DNA from: Octopus vulgaris
Lineage: Eukaryota
Direction of reading: 5' to 3'
Assembly: GCA_951406725.2 (NCBI GenBank)
Contig: OX597832.1
Span: 65,844,001 to 65,908,000 of the forward strand
Length of the DNA stretch: 64,000 nucleotides
The notes beneath the pieces were generated by a model. It saw nothing but the letters and a program-made list of their open reading frames with translations, searched no databases and was not told the origin of the DNA. Made by a program: the position numbers and the translations under genes. Shown in pieces: positions 24,138 to 38,314 of the stretch. The first letter of the stretch is position 1. Each line of letters starts with the position of its first letter.

Positions 24138-24877
24138 GACACTGTGTATCTTAAACTGTATATATACATATATAGGTATATTCAGATGCATGGACACGCA
24201 CACGCACACCCACGCACACACATGCACACATGCACACAATCACGTACACGCAGTCAGACATGCATTTTAAAACACTTCCTTCAAGCTATTCTTTACTTAC
24301 AGATCAAAGTTTGTTATAAAAGTTCGGTTCTTCTTTGTTTCTCGACTTAATCATACCATATTTAACTCCATTCGCCGTTCTCTTTTCGCCTCTTCCTTTC
24401 AGTTACATCTGACTGTCATAAATCCTTAGTCTTTAGCTTTATTAATAAACCTAGCGATTTTTTTTTTAATTATTTTTTTTGCTTTCTTCTTCTTTTATAT
24501 CAAGAGATTTTGAATCTTATAGGTTTTACTCTTCTAAATATATATTCTTTCTTCTGTAGAAATATTTTTGTTATATGTATTTAGTTTGTTTTCCTTTTTT
24601 TTTATTATTATTCCGAATCGATATATGCTCAAGAACAAGGAGGATAGTCACACAATCAAATAAGAGAAATCTAGACACGAAAGAACATTAAATGTGTGTA
24701 TCGCTCTCTTCTTTGCTCCTCACACAAGCACACACACAGACACACACACATCTACGAGTGTGTATGTATGCATATATGTACATACAAACACACACACCGA
24801 AACAAAAATACTCACGCACAAACACACACACGCACACACACACACGCGCGCACACATTCACACACACACACACACAT

Positions 24878-24910
<33 letters not shown>

Positions 24911-25085
24911 CTTGCATTCATACACCCAGATGAAATATGGGAAAATGTGAAAGCAAAACAAAGACGAAGATTATTAAAAGAAATACGAAGAGGAATATAA
25001 ATGCTAATATAAACAGATGTAGAAAAGCATAAAAACGGAAAAAATATGCTCGAAAACTATATTCGAATATTCCTACATAAATACA

Positions 25086-25119
<34 letters not shown>

Positions 25120-25219
25120 CATACATACATACATACATACATACATGCATACATACAAACATACATACAGACATACATACAAACAAGTATAAATATATAT
25201 ATACGCATATGTAAATGTG

Positions 25220-25342
<123 letters not shown>

Positions 25343-25641
25343 GTATACATATATATATAATTACGTGCATATACACAACACACACGTACACACACACGCA
25401 CTCAGTCTAAGTCGCACACACATATTTACCTATATACACCCGATTATATCAGTCTGAGAGTTAAACAGGAGGAGAAGGAGGTAAGTGTTACTGGATGGTA
25501 GGTTAAGGTGAATGAGACGGGGAAAAATAGAGGAAAACAAATTAAGGCTAAAAAATAAAACTTCTAAATAAATAAATAAGAAATGGGTACAGAGACAAAA
25601 AAAAAAACAAATAAGGAAAAATTTGAAGATATGTAATAAAT

Positions 25642-25698
<57 letters not shown>

Positions 25699-25807
25699 GC
25701 AAATTTCTAAATGTTCGATATCTTCTGAATGAAGGAATTACCTCTGTTGATCATTGATCGGCTGACATAACACAGCTTCCATTGTATAAATTGAAGCGGC
25801 AAAAATA

Positions 25808-25814
25808 TAATAAT

Positions 25815-25901
<87 letters not shown>
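25808..25901. repeat. (AAC)n(AAT)n microsatellite
   Basis: Direct reading. Confidence 0.95.
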
Positions 25902-25904
<3 letters not shown>

Positions 25905-26188
25905 GTTTGTAATACTAATAACAATGCCGTACGCAACAGCTATGAAGGGAAGCAAGTGAAATTGTATCTCACACATGCACGAAAGACAATAGGCGATTAT
26001 TAAAATCGTTGAATTAAGTCTGGAGAAATAGAGGGGAATGTAATATATATCTGTTTTATATATGAATGCTTGAAGAATTGGCCAAGTGTAAATTATTTCC
26101 AAATATGTGTAGGGTAGTATTTACTTATACGGAATGATAAAAGCAAACCGAGCACACACAATTTAGATAGGTTTACACTAAAACCATT

Positions 26189-26312
26189 TTCTTCTTCTTC
26201 TTCTTCTTCTTCTTCTTCTTCTTCTTCTTCTTCTTCTTCTTCTTCTTCTTCTTCTTCTTCTTCTTCTTCTTCTTCTTCTTTTTCTTCTTCTTCTTCTTCT
26301 TCTACTTCTTCT
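26189..26312. repeat. (CTT)n microsatellite
   Basis: Direct reading. Confidence 0.95.
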
Positions 26313-27269
26313 ATTATTTATAAACGTGGTTTTTCGCTGCTTTTTTGTTTCATTCTTTATTTGTATTGTTTTCAAAACTATTCAATTGAATATTAAAGAT
26401 AGCATTAACAGTCTAAATGCTGTGATCTTCCAGTTGCATTTCAAAAACGACGCGAGAACCACAGAACAACAGAAGAATATCACGTTACCCTCTCCCCAAC
26501 CACTACCACCACCACCACCACCACCACCACAATAGCAACAATATCTACTAGTTTACCGTTCAAATACCACTATTTCTACTATCAATACTACCACTACTGG
26601 GTATAGATTCAATATTGACTACATAGCGATTATCGACTTAGAATAGCATGTTATAGTTAACATTACAATAACAAAACGATTATCATATCATGGAATAGTC
26701 TTTAGAATAAACAAGTCTATAGAAGTTACAAAGTTTCCATATTTATGATTTAGTTTCGCTTTTATCTAAAGCATTTAGTTCAATACCTGATAGTTTAATA
26801 CTTATTGATCTTGATTATGGAACTGAATATATATTACACGAACTCTATGGATGGGTGTAGCACCTCAGTGCATTCCCACGAGACGCTAAAGATTTCATAC
26901 AAATCATCTTCAATTGGACCTTGCCGTTTTGAGAAAAAAAAACACATAGTTGATAAAGTAGTCGAAGATACATTAGACTAGATCTATAGAATTACGGTTA
27001 ATGTTATCGATATAATTTCATCGATGGAATGCCTTAAAGTCTCATTGGTGGTTGGTGATTCGACATAGGTACATTGTTAGTATTTTAACATCATTTTAAG
27101 CCTGTGTAAAGTTTTCATAAATAAGGTTGATATATTTCATTTGTTTTATTTTTCATTTTTCTTGAGCTCTAGAACGATTATCCGCTTTCCGTGGCCTATA
27201 TAATTGTTCGAGATCACAATAGTCTCTCTGAACGAGCCACCGGTCTGTTGCAATATTCAAACAAGCATC

Positions 27270-27425
27270 CGAGGGAACAAGTCAATTACATCGGGCCAGT
27301 AACTGGTACATTATTTTATCTACACTGAAGGGATGAAATGTAAAGATGACCACGGTAGTATTTGAAAGGAAGCAATACTGCTAAGCATTTTTCGTTATGA
27401 GCAGACAATTCAACCAGCTCGCCGT
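27270..27425 (-). mobile_element. Degenerate SINE family A
   Basis: aactggtac..ttttatc..gaagggatgaaatgtaaag..gacc..tttgaa..ctgctaagcattt..ccagctcgcc. Confidence 0.65.
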
Positions 27426-28196
27426 ATTTCATTCTTTATACATCGTAAATAATAATTGCAAAGAAATAAAAAAAAAACTGACCGTCTGAACTATTGCCTG
27501 ATATTCGCACCTGACTCTAAAAAATATCTCTATTAATGGAGGTTTTGTAACCACATATATTGATCGATAAAATTCAAAAGAAAAAATTATGCAGTGAAGG
27601 AAAAACCAGTAACATATATGGTTTTACGATGTTTTTTTTTTTTTTTTCCACCCTAAGTAATTCTTTTCCACTACAAATTGAAAGTCCGAGTTAAATATTT
27701 AATATATCAATATCTAGTTAATGTCTAACCACATAACTATCTATTGATTTTTCTGAAATGCCTCCCCTGAGTTGAGCTAAAATATGTGAAGCCAGCCCAC
27801 GTGTATTTTATTCTCTGCATTACTCTGTCATTTTTCTTATCTCATTTCCTCACGTCGTTGCTGTCGTTCCTCGGACTTCTCTAAAATAAAACGAAGGAAA
27901 ATGTCGGAGGCGTTATAATGTTACTATATAACTTTTTCTTATCTTAGAAGGTCAATCTAATATTATTGATTGGTAGCGACCCCAGGATATTTTCTGTGTC
28001 TGATTTTTCTATATATAAGTGTGTGTATATGTGTATCTAGTGTAGGTGTGTATGCACATATCTATGTATACATACATATGTACATACATACATGCAAGCA
28101 GGCATACATACAAACACACATGTGCATATATATATATATATATATGCATATTAAATCTCTGAGTGAGTGGTAAACAATAACAGTACGGAATTGCAA

Positions 28197-28539
28197 AATA
28201 TATTTGCCAACTAAATGTGGCGGTCCCATAGATGACAATGTTTCTGTTCATTGTTTTACCCCCGGTTTGTCGTTGGAGAAAGCATATAGTATTTTGCGAG
28301 TGGAATAAGTTTTCATCACATGCTGGTGATTTTCACACACTGAAGACAGGTAACTACTCAGAAACCCTGGGTCTGTGTTTATCACGTAAAGCTACAAATG
28401 GGGCCGATGACCTGCCCTTGCAAATAATCAGTCACAGACAGTGTGTCGTTAGCCAGCTGGAGGAGATGTCTTCCTGAGGTTAAAAACAATAGTAGCAACG
28501 TCCTCTATGGGACCGCCACATTTATTTGTCAAATATATT
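28197..28539. mobile_element. MITE-like element with ~40-bp inverted repeats
   Basis: aatatatttgccaactaaatgtggcggtcccatagatgac (28197-28236) versus gtcctctatgggaccgccacatttatttgtcaaatatatt (28500-28539), around a ~260-bp non-coding spacer. Confidence 0.75.
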
Positions 28540-29831
28540 ATACATACATACAGACACACATACATACATACACACACACATACACACACACACACACACA
28601 TACACACACACACATATATATATATACATGCATACATACACACATATATATATATACATATATATATATATATCAAAGATATAGCTAATACGCAGACACT
28701 ATCTCTGCGCAAAATTAGAAAATATAGAAAAATATATTAATGTCAATATTAGCATTTATCATTGAAGTACATTATATAACAAACCAATAGTATTTTTGAC
28801 GGTATTCTAGCGTAACATTTGATTCTATAGAGATAAAACCACACAATATTATTTCCTTCACATTACATTACGAATGAAATACTTACGGCGGATTGGTGAA
28901 ACCTGAGTGCTTTCGAATAAAATGGTTCAGGTATTCACTGCTGTTATTTTTTAATCCCCCACTGAACAACTTGGTATTATAATCTTGGTGAAACTTTGAA
29001 TTCCAATGGTCAGGTGAAGTTTTTGACGCCTCATCTCCGATTTTTCTGTAAACAAAGTCGTGTGTGATGTTCCTTATCGAAACGTGTTTTCCCTAAGATC
29101 AACGTTGAAGGAGATTGCTTGTGCAATTAATGAGTCTTTTGTTTTTCTTAGAGATTCAGTGTCGTTTCAAAGAGACTTTTGAATTCGAGCTTGAAGTTGA
29201 AACATCTACAAAAGTTGAGCGTAGAAAAGCGCTGAACACATGATGCTGCTTTTACTGTCGCTATGGTTCTCTGTCGATTCGACTATGACGTTTGCTGTGC
29301 CGCGTCTTCTGTCCTACCACGAACTAGATGAATATATAGATGCAGTAAAAGATCTGTAGCAGGAGACAGAGTCATGCATAAACCAGGCATGAATGAAGGA
29401 AGAACAGCGTTGTTGGTTCATTCGGCACCAAAGTTTCACATTACACCGTGTATATCTTTTCATCTCAACTATCTGTTTGAAGCAACTTCTTCAAGCTCCA
29501 ACGCAGGCGTTGATGATGCATTCATGTTGCCCTTCAAGACAATTCATGTAACAACGTCACTGCCAAGGGCCCTCTATTCGTCCACGAGAGTACTCTGTTG
29601 AGGGCAGCCGTGTCTATACTACGTGAATGACATCCACATTACAGTGGAGTATGTGTGACATAATCCTTGTTTTGGTACTAATGAGATGTGTAAGCTTGAA
29701 ATGTTTACATTTACAAGATAAGCTGCGGCTAAGTTAGGTATTATCAAGTGTCATACTTATAATATTACCACATTGCTGGCAAATGCCATGATTAACAATA
29801 AATAACTCATGTTCAACTCTGAGTTTACTGA

Positions 29832-29896
<65 letters not shown>

Positions 29897-29921
29897 CACT
29901 ACTACCACCACCACCACCACC

Positions 29922-29989
<68 letters not shown>
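29832..29989. repeat. (CTA)n(CCA)n(CTA)n microsatellite
   Basis: Direct reading. Confidence 0.95.
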
Positions 29990-31129
29990 GTTTGTTGCTG
30001 CTGCATACGATTTGAAATTGGCATTATGGTTATGCACTGCATCTAACTAGCCATCCTTCCTGGCACCGGAATCTGTACGTCGTATTTCCTCTTGGTCTAC
30101 ATTTCACGAAACTCTATCAAACATGATCTAAATAAATAAGGACACATTAGACAATGGAACGCAATTTGTTGTAAAGAGCTAACATGGCCATAACACGACT
30201 GGTCATTAATGATAGGTACGCCTTAACATGTATAACAAAGGGCTAAACTATAGTAACGACAGCTTGTCCTAATCACCTTAAACTTTTCAAACAAATATGA
30301 AAGGTCTTATTCGTTGCATTTGCTGTTCTTTATGCTAAAATAAGACCTGATCTAGCAAACTTGTGACAAAGACCAATGAAATATTGATGACTAGTTTTCT
30401 TTCTTTATCATTTAGAAAAAATTACGCCATATCACGTTATCCAATATTCGATTTCTCACATGGTAGTGGGTGGAAAGTACAGATATATTAGCTGCTCTTT
30501 CTAGCAGATTGTATGACCATGTTGCAGCTTCCTCGTGGGTACAAATATTAAAAGCTAAAATATATAAACATTTGATTTCTCTCTTAATTACAATATCTCA
30601 GCGTTTTATTCTATCTCGCTCCTTACTTATATTTACGACATGATATTTCTCTATTTGTTTATCGTTTAATGCATTAGATATTATTATAACTTGCAATTTT
30701 CCTATTCTTTCTTTTGTTTCCCATTTTTCAAATATCTTTCTGATTTTTTTATTTTTAATTCTGAGTTTCCTATTTCTTGTTTGCACATCAAGTTATTTTC
30801 TAGAAAGTTTTATACTTTTATGTATTTATTGTGTATATTTCACTGTTAGTTACTTAATTCCCTGCTATTTCTCCTCCGCTTTTCTTTTCTTATTTTCTAC
30901 GTCTAGAAGATAATTAAGATTAAAACATTAATTAAAATGGTATTTATTTATGACTATGCGAGGTCAAAGAGGAAATTGATCGTTATGATAACATTAGTGC
31001 CAGGGGAATTTCGGGGAACGATGATAAGATCGAAACTTTGAGGCGAACTAAAAAAAATCAAAAACGTAGGAATAACATCAAATAACAACATCTAATAATA
31101 GTGACAACAACAACGACAACGACGATGAC

Positions 31130-31161
31130 AATAATAGTAATAATAATAATAATAATAATAA

Positions 31162-31229
<68 letters not shown>

Positions 31230-31270
31230 CCATGATAATAATAAAAATAAAAATAAAAATAATAATGATA

Positions 31271-31340
<70 letters not shown>

Positions 31341-31345
31341 CAATA
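31130..31345. repeat. (AAT)n/(GAT)n microsatellite
   Basis: Direct reading. Confidence 0.95.
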
Positions 31346-31922
31346 ACAATACTAATAGAAATTAGAAGCAGAAACAAGAGGAGGAAAGGGAAGAGGAGAG
31401 GTAAAATACAAACAAATGAAACTCAAATATTTCAATTATTATTTCTTCAATCGATTATTGAGATTACCGGGCGAATTGTTGAAATCTAAATCATAATGAA
31501 AGGGTTACTTCCATTCACTGTGTATTCAGGCTGCGCTCAACATTCAAACAAATTAAATATAAAGAAAGCACCTCTGGCATCCGTTCTCCTCTATTTTGTA
31601 TTCTATTGTTTACCAGATGACATCTAATACATACAAACCACCTACAAATATTTGTATGCACGCACGTAAGGTTTATATGCATGTATGAATATATAAATAT
31701 AATATTTATATCTAGCTGTGAATATCTTTAGCTATCACAGCCATCTATCTGCGGATATGTGTGCGTGTGTGTATGCATGTGTCTCTTTGTAAGTGCGCAA
31801 GGATGTATGTGTCTATGTGTGAATGTATGTATATATATATATACACACCTATATATACACACCTATATATATACACCTAAATATATATACACACACACAC
31901 ACACACAAACACATATATATAT

Positions 31923-32108
31923 AGGGAGAGTTTACGAAAAAAAACAAAAGACGAAGACAGGTGGTGTACAAAACAAACAGATGTATTAGTATAACGCTCA
32001 GGAATAGAAAAAGTATTTAACGTTTCGAGCCTACGCTCTTCTACAGAAAGGGACACAGAAAAACAAGGAGAGAAAAAATGTGTAGTGGCTAACGATCTAT
32101 CATGGCGA
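31923..32108 (-). mobile_element. Dispersed repeat family E (possible Penelope pLTR-derived) with hammerhead-like motif
   Basis: Homologous copies at 32215-32332 (+), 52140-52192 (-) and 60068-60250 (-). The minus strand contains ctttCTGTAGAaGAGCgtagGCTCGAAACGTTaaa. Confidence 0.7.
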
Positions 32109-32172
32109 TATTTATATAAATATATATATATATAATAGCGATATATATATATATATATATATATAGATATAG

Positions 32173-32214
<42 letters not shown>

Positions 32215-32217
<3 letters not shown>

Positions 32218-32332
32218 GAGCGTAGGCTCGAAAAAGTAAAAGACTTTCTCACCTTCCCGGACGTCAAACTAATACACCTGCTTGTTGTTTATACACCTGT
32301 CTTCGTTTTTTGTTTTTTTTCTGTAAATTCTG
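32215..32332 (+). mobile_element. Repeat family E, inverted partial copy
   Basis: gaagagcgtaggctcgaaa..gtaaaagactttctc..ctaatacacctg..acacctgtcttcgt. Confidence 0.75.
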
Positions 32333-33288
32333 TATATATATATATATATATATAAATGAATATGTGCATGTTGATCTATCTTTCTAAATCTATCCAGCTC
32401 TCCTCTTTCTCTCTCTAATAAGCACACACACAAACACACACTCATACATACACGCACACATATTTCTATGTGTTTGTTTTTAAATTTATAATTTCTAACA
32501 AATTTGTTTTACAGTTATTTCCTGAAAATTTCTAGCGTAGAAACGTAATAGATATATATATATACACATACATACATATATATAATTATCATTTGGTATT
32601 GACAAAGCCAGATATAAGGTTCCACTGCTTAGATAGTCTAGTAGGCTGTCACGATATAAATTTATTTATCACCTTCGTCCAGAATACAGCAACAACTGCC
32701 AAAAGATTTATTTTGGGATGATTGAAGACTACATGCCCCCCCATTGTCTTCGAAGTGTAAGTAACTAGGTCACTACACTCAATTATTCTCCACACTGCTA
32801 TAACCTCCTCTAACCTCTAAATTGTTTTAGGTTCAACACTCCATAGGTTCAACACTCCATAGACTATTTTATAAACTCGATCTGCTAAAGTTAAAAGCAG
32901 CGGAATCAATGTGAATATTTGTGCTCCAGTTGGTGATCCGAATATGTTGAAGCAGTTGCTTGGTTCTTTGTGTGTGACGTCTTAACAGTCATCTGACGAA
33001 AACCGTTTCTTTCCAATGATGTAATGTTTTCATTAATCAATTAAAGGAGTCGCTTGAAACAGCCGCAATGAATTGACACCTGTACATCATTCTTATTCAT
33101 TTATAGTTTATATGATCTAGCAGGCTGTCCTGATATAAATGAATTTATACAAATGTACACACACCCACACGCACACATATACATGTACATATATTAATAT
33201 TTAGAAGTAACTGAATGACTCAAGGTACAAGAGTTTATATATATATACATATATACATACATATATATATAAATATATACATGCATAT

Positions 33289-33318
<30 letters not shown>

Positions 33319-33321
<3 letters not shown>

Positions 33322-33522
33322 TCTTTACTACCCACAAGGGGCTAAACAGAGGGGAGACAAAGAAGGACAGACAAAGGGAGTAAGTCGATTACATCGACCC
33401 CAGTGCGTAACTGGTACTTAATTTATCGACCTCGGCGGAATTTGAACTCGAAACGTAACGGCAGACGAAATACGGCAACGCATTTCGCCCGGCGTGCAAA
33501 CGTTTCTAGCAGCTCGCCGCCT
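33319..33522 (-). mobile_element. SINE family A inserted in (TA)n
   Basis: cccacaaggggctaaac..gacctcggcggaatttgaactc..agctcgccgcc with TA runs on both sides. Confidence 0.9.
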
Positions 33523-35307
33523 ATATATATATAACAGCTGCAACAGCTGAATGAGTGAAAGAGTAAAAAATAAAAATATATTATTTATGAACAGTTTGAC
33601 ACGACTCTATGCTCGTTAACCTTTTGTGGGTTCACAAAAAGAATCATTCTCTTCAAAATTACGTATATATATACACACACACATATTTATGTAAATTAAG
33701 GATCCGTGTATGCATGCATATATGTATTGAGCAAAATAACAATAGCTAAATGAAAGTGTACAATATCAGGAATGTATTTTCATGTTACATTTTCTCAATG
33801 AATTGTCTTCAATATTAATGCAATGAAATATTTTGTTTGTATAGAAAACAATGTTGATAATGTAGAATGTGGTGGAATTGTATTCAGAAATATTTGTGAT
33901 AATTAAGAATAAGTAATAAGAGAAACCGTATACACTATAGAATTATTTGTGTAAGTATAGATAATAATTATTTTTAGGTTTATGAAGCATGAAATATGAA
34001 GATATTTACAGAAAAGGTAACTAAAACAAACCAGATATATTTGAAATCATTTTGGCGTATTTCAAAAATGAATAATGCTCAAGTTCACATTGAAACCTAA
34101 ATGATACGACTGGTGATGTATTGTTGGTAAATTTACAGACCTGAAAACACATAGATAAATATGACTTGTGGTAATGTAATTAACTTTAATAAATTGTTAT
34201 GTATAAAGTTTGTCATGTTACTTGTAAGTGTTAACGAAATATAAAAGGCATTAATATACTGGAATAACAAGTTAATAATATACGCAGATTTACATAATAT
34301 ATTTTTATATTTTTTAGCAGACATTTTGCATCAATTTGTAAAATAATACATCTCAAACATTCTGCACCATTTCTGTTAATGGATAATAAAAAAGAAAATC
34401 AAAGGTGCTGATTTAATTATTGACGGGTAAAATATTTTATTAAGTAGGAATACTTTGAGAAAAAAAGGTAGTGGGTGACGATTTTCTTCATTACTTCAGG
34501 AAGTGACGATCCTGCCTGACCTGAGTCCCGAGCCTAGCTGTCTCCGTCTGACAATACCCGACATTTCTGGCAGCTCCTGCTACCAAGCTGGTACTAGACG
34601 TAATGCTCGGCGCTCCTTTTGATTACGTTAGCAGTGTTGAGAGAGAAATCCCGACAATTGGGCTACCCAGGATTTTCCTTCATCTAGCCCAGGCCTGGAT
34701 TATTTTATTTTATGCGCAACTCCATTGTCTCCCGAGACAAAAAGATGCAAACAAAATTTACAAATAAGTTATTCATTTCGGGAGTATATTTATTATAGCA
34801 GTTTATTCAAAGTTAAATTTGGGTGGAAAAAGGCAAAAGGTAAGGAATTCACTGAGCGTTGTACTATCAAAACTCTTGAAAACTACACAAGTATATAAAT
34901 CATATATGTATACACATACACACCGCAGACACATATGTGTATGTGCATGTGTATGTGTCGTGGTATATGCCTTTAGATTATATATGTATGCATATATAAT
35001 CTATATATGGTTAAGCAATAGCGAATTTAGGCTCCGGTGAAGGGATATATAAAATATCCCGGAAAAAGCTGTAAGACCTATTTATAAAAGTTCTAAAATC
35101 ATTCACACCTTTGGATTTTTATCTCATTCTGAAAAAAAAATGATAAATACACATGTTGATATACGACCTACTTTGGGCTCCTTATTCGCATAATCATCGA
35201 ACCTGGAGCTTAACTATGGTCCGTCCATAGACTTACTCAGCATTACCTGACACCTTTGGGTCTTATTGACACCATTACCTCTCATAACCTACCTCTCTCT
35301 CTCTCTT

Positions 35308-35338
<31 letters not shown>

Positions 35339-35356
35339 GCATGTGTGTGTGTGTGT

Positions 35357-35659
35357 GTTGTTCCTTCCTTCTCGAGTCATATCTGGATCATGAGGGCCGG
35401 TTTCCCGGTTTCTTTGGCGTATAGATTCCCCACTTGGACGCGACGCCGGTCCGTCACAGGTGAGCTGCTAGATGCAGGAGGAAAGAGAGAAAGTGAATGT
35501 TGTGGCGAAAGAGTCAGCAGAAGTTCGCCATTACCTTCTGCTGGAGCCGCGTGGAGCTCACGTATTTCCCTCTTAACACACACACATCGCCCGGTCTGAG
35601 ATTCGAACCCGCGATCCCTTGACCGCGAGTCCGCTCCTGTAGCCACTACGCCATGTGCC
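35357..35659 (-). mobile_element. tRNA-derived SINE family C, full length
   Basis: Reverse strand: ggcacaTGGCGTAGTGG (A box), GGGTTCGAATCT (B box), a GC-rich body cctgtgacggaccggcgtc..gtcca, and a simple-repeat tail. Confidence 0.85.
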
Positions 35660-35765
35660 ACCACACACAAACACAAAACACACACACGCACAAAAACATA
35701 AACTAACACACTTGCTATTTGTTCCATGCACCTCCCTTCGTCTTTGCACCTCTTTTATAAATTTG

Positions 35766-35839
<74 letters not shown>

Positions 35840-36479
35840 AAAATATACTATTTAAATAGAAATATGATAACGATTCATTAAATATTGCTACTCTTTACCA
35901 CTTTTTTTTCTGTAAAATATAGGATGTTCAGTGTGCGGAGGTTAATTTAATATTACAGCTGTTACCCTTACGTTAAGTTGGCTGGAAGACATATAGGAAA
36001 AAAACTAAATTAAATTATGAAATATATCGAAGTAAGCAAATAAAAAAAAACTATCAAAAATGGATGTTACAGAGTCTCGAAACATAATCTAAAAATAGAG
36101 ATCGCAAAATAAAGCAGTATTAGTTATCTGCTGCAGTCATTTATGTAGTCGCATCAATCTAACTGAATAGCATCTTAGGGAAATATTTTTTTTCTGATAA
36201 TCTGGTTTGGCCATTATATTGTGCATAAAATTGTTTCAACGGGTACTCTATGAATGCCCTTCATGTGTTTGTATCTTTAATTCAAAAGGGGCGCCCTAGT
36301 TTCATATTATTATACCTGGAAATTAGTGTGAACTGCTGAACTTCTTTTACGTTGATCCCTGCGCAAATAATTATGTTAATCAAAGTCGTCTTAAACGTCA
36401 GACAACTGAGATACACCATCAACTGTAGTCATTTGAAATTACATTATAAAGCAAGAAAATAAATTAAGATATTGATTTG

Positions 36480-36670
36480 AAATTTTGGAGCAAGGCCAGA
36501 GAAGCATTTTAGTGTATTACATTGGCCCTCTGTGTTCAAATGGTTCTTATTTTATTGACCTCGATAGGATCAGAGGCAAATTCGACCTTAACTGAATTTG
36601 AACTCAGAACGTAAAGATAGATGAAATACCGCTAACGTTTTGCGCGGCTTCTTAACGATTCTGCCAGTTT
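36480..36670 (-). mobile_element. Degenerate SINE family A
   Basis: ttttattgacctcgataggat..aggcaaattcgacc..gaatttgaactcagaacgtaaag..ttaacgattctgccag. Confidence 0.8.
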
Positions 36671-37906
36671 GAAATTAAAATATTACTAAATAGCTATTAA
36701 TATTTATCTGATAATTATATTATTTCCGCCTTAGCAAAGGGGGAAGTATTCTTTCGATTGTTATGAACATTTTGTTTACTTTTACAGTGTAAAAACGATA
36801 TTCTTAACGATAGTATGAAGATTAGAATGTATACATAAAACCTGTGAGTGTAGGGGAAGTCATCGACGGATTTATTGAAAATTAGAACACTGTATTTGTT
36901 TGGATTTAAATTGTTATTTCAAATTCTAAGAGATCATTTACAAGAAAATATATCGATGAAATAAAATATGACCAAAGATTTCTGCTAATTCGGATTTTCT
37001 TCTTTGTTCACATTTCGCTTTTCTTTTTCGTCTTTTAACCAAATTTACACACGTGAAATTCTCGATGCAATCAGTTTCAAAGCACTTATAACTCCTTGTC
37101 ATTGATGAGTCCCTGTACCTACCCCATGCATGTCGTTCCCCTTTGAGTGTAAAATCTGATTTACGATGATCTCATTCCGAAAATCCTTACGGTAAATCAC
37201 AAATAACTCGGTGACTTGCGCTGCGAGAGTAATTTGAGAGTGTGTCTAAGAGCATAGCCTCATTCCAAAAAGAAATTATTGCCGATGCTTGTCTGGCACT
37301 TATATCATCTGGAGTTTCGATATGACGGAGGCCTTTGATGACTGCGTCGGTAAAATTTGAAATCAAGTTATAAAGATTGCACACATAAACAATTAAATTC
37401 GTTACGACTTCATTAAATTCATTCGCTTAATTAATTGTCTGCGCAACGTTAAAAAATCTGCAGTCTCTCTTGCTGTATCACTTCCTCGTCCTCTATTTCT
37501 ATGTATACAATATTGTCTATGTGTACGTGTATGAATGTGTCTATTTATGTGTCTATGAATATACACACACTTGGATATATATGCGTATGTAAATACGTAG
37601 ATATATATATGCACATAAATGTATATATATCTATATATATATATATATATATATAGATGTATATCTCTCTCTTTCTCTCTCTCTCTCTCGATATATACAT
37701 ATATATATATAGGTATATACATGTATATACGTACACATATATGTATATGTATACATACAGATACATCACATTTAACCGAAACACGATATTTATGTATAAT
37801 TCCTCTTTACACTTAGATGGGCCGCTGAAAAACAGAACCAGTTTAGCATCATTTCTCATGCAGAAACTCATAGACATGCACAGACACACACACACACATG
37901 TGTGTA

Positions 37907-37940
<34 letters not shown>

Positions 37941-37945
<5 letters not shown>

Positions 37946-38314
37946 TATATAAAAAGGGCTTAGTAAAATAAATTACTTTGCCACATACTGAACTCATTAG
38001 AAATAGCAGCCAAAAAAAACTTTTTTAAAACTATTTCTAATACTTAAAGAAAATCTCTCTCATATAGTGTTTGCTCAATTCAACTCACGAAAGTATGGGG
38101 GTAAAGACATTAAAAAATCAAATAACCTTTGCATTTGATTTTTTAATGTCTTTACCCCCATACTTTCGTGAGTTGAATTGAGCAAGCACTATATGAGAGA
38201 GATTTTCTTTAAGTATTAGAAATAGTTTTAAAAAAGTTTTGTTTGGCTGCTATTTCTAATGAGTTCAGTATGTGGCAAAGTAATTTATTTTACTAAGCCC
38301 TTTTATATAATGTA
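37941..38314. repeat. Long near-perfect palindrome, ~183-bp arms and 9-nt spacer
   Basis: Arm 37941-38123 is the reverse complement of 38133-38314 with about 3 differences. The spacer is aacctttgc. Confidence 0.97.

Noticed and set aside
29290-29660. GC-richer stretch with a 75-aa ORF
   Set aside because: No recognisable motif; probably an unclassified decayed repeat.
35590-35659. tRNA-like sequence with A and B boxes
   Set aside because: It continues into a SINE body and tail and has no complete cloverleaf; called as a SINE head, not a tRNA gene.
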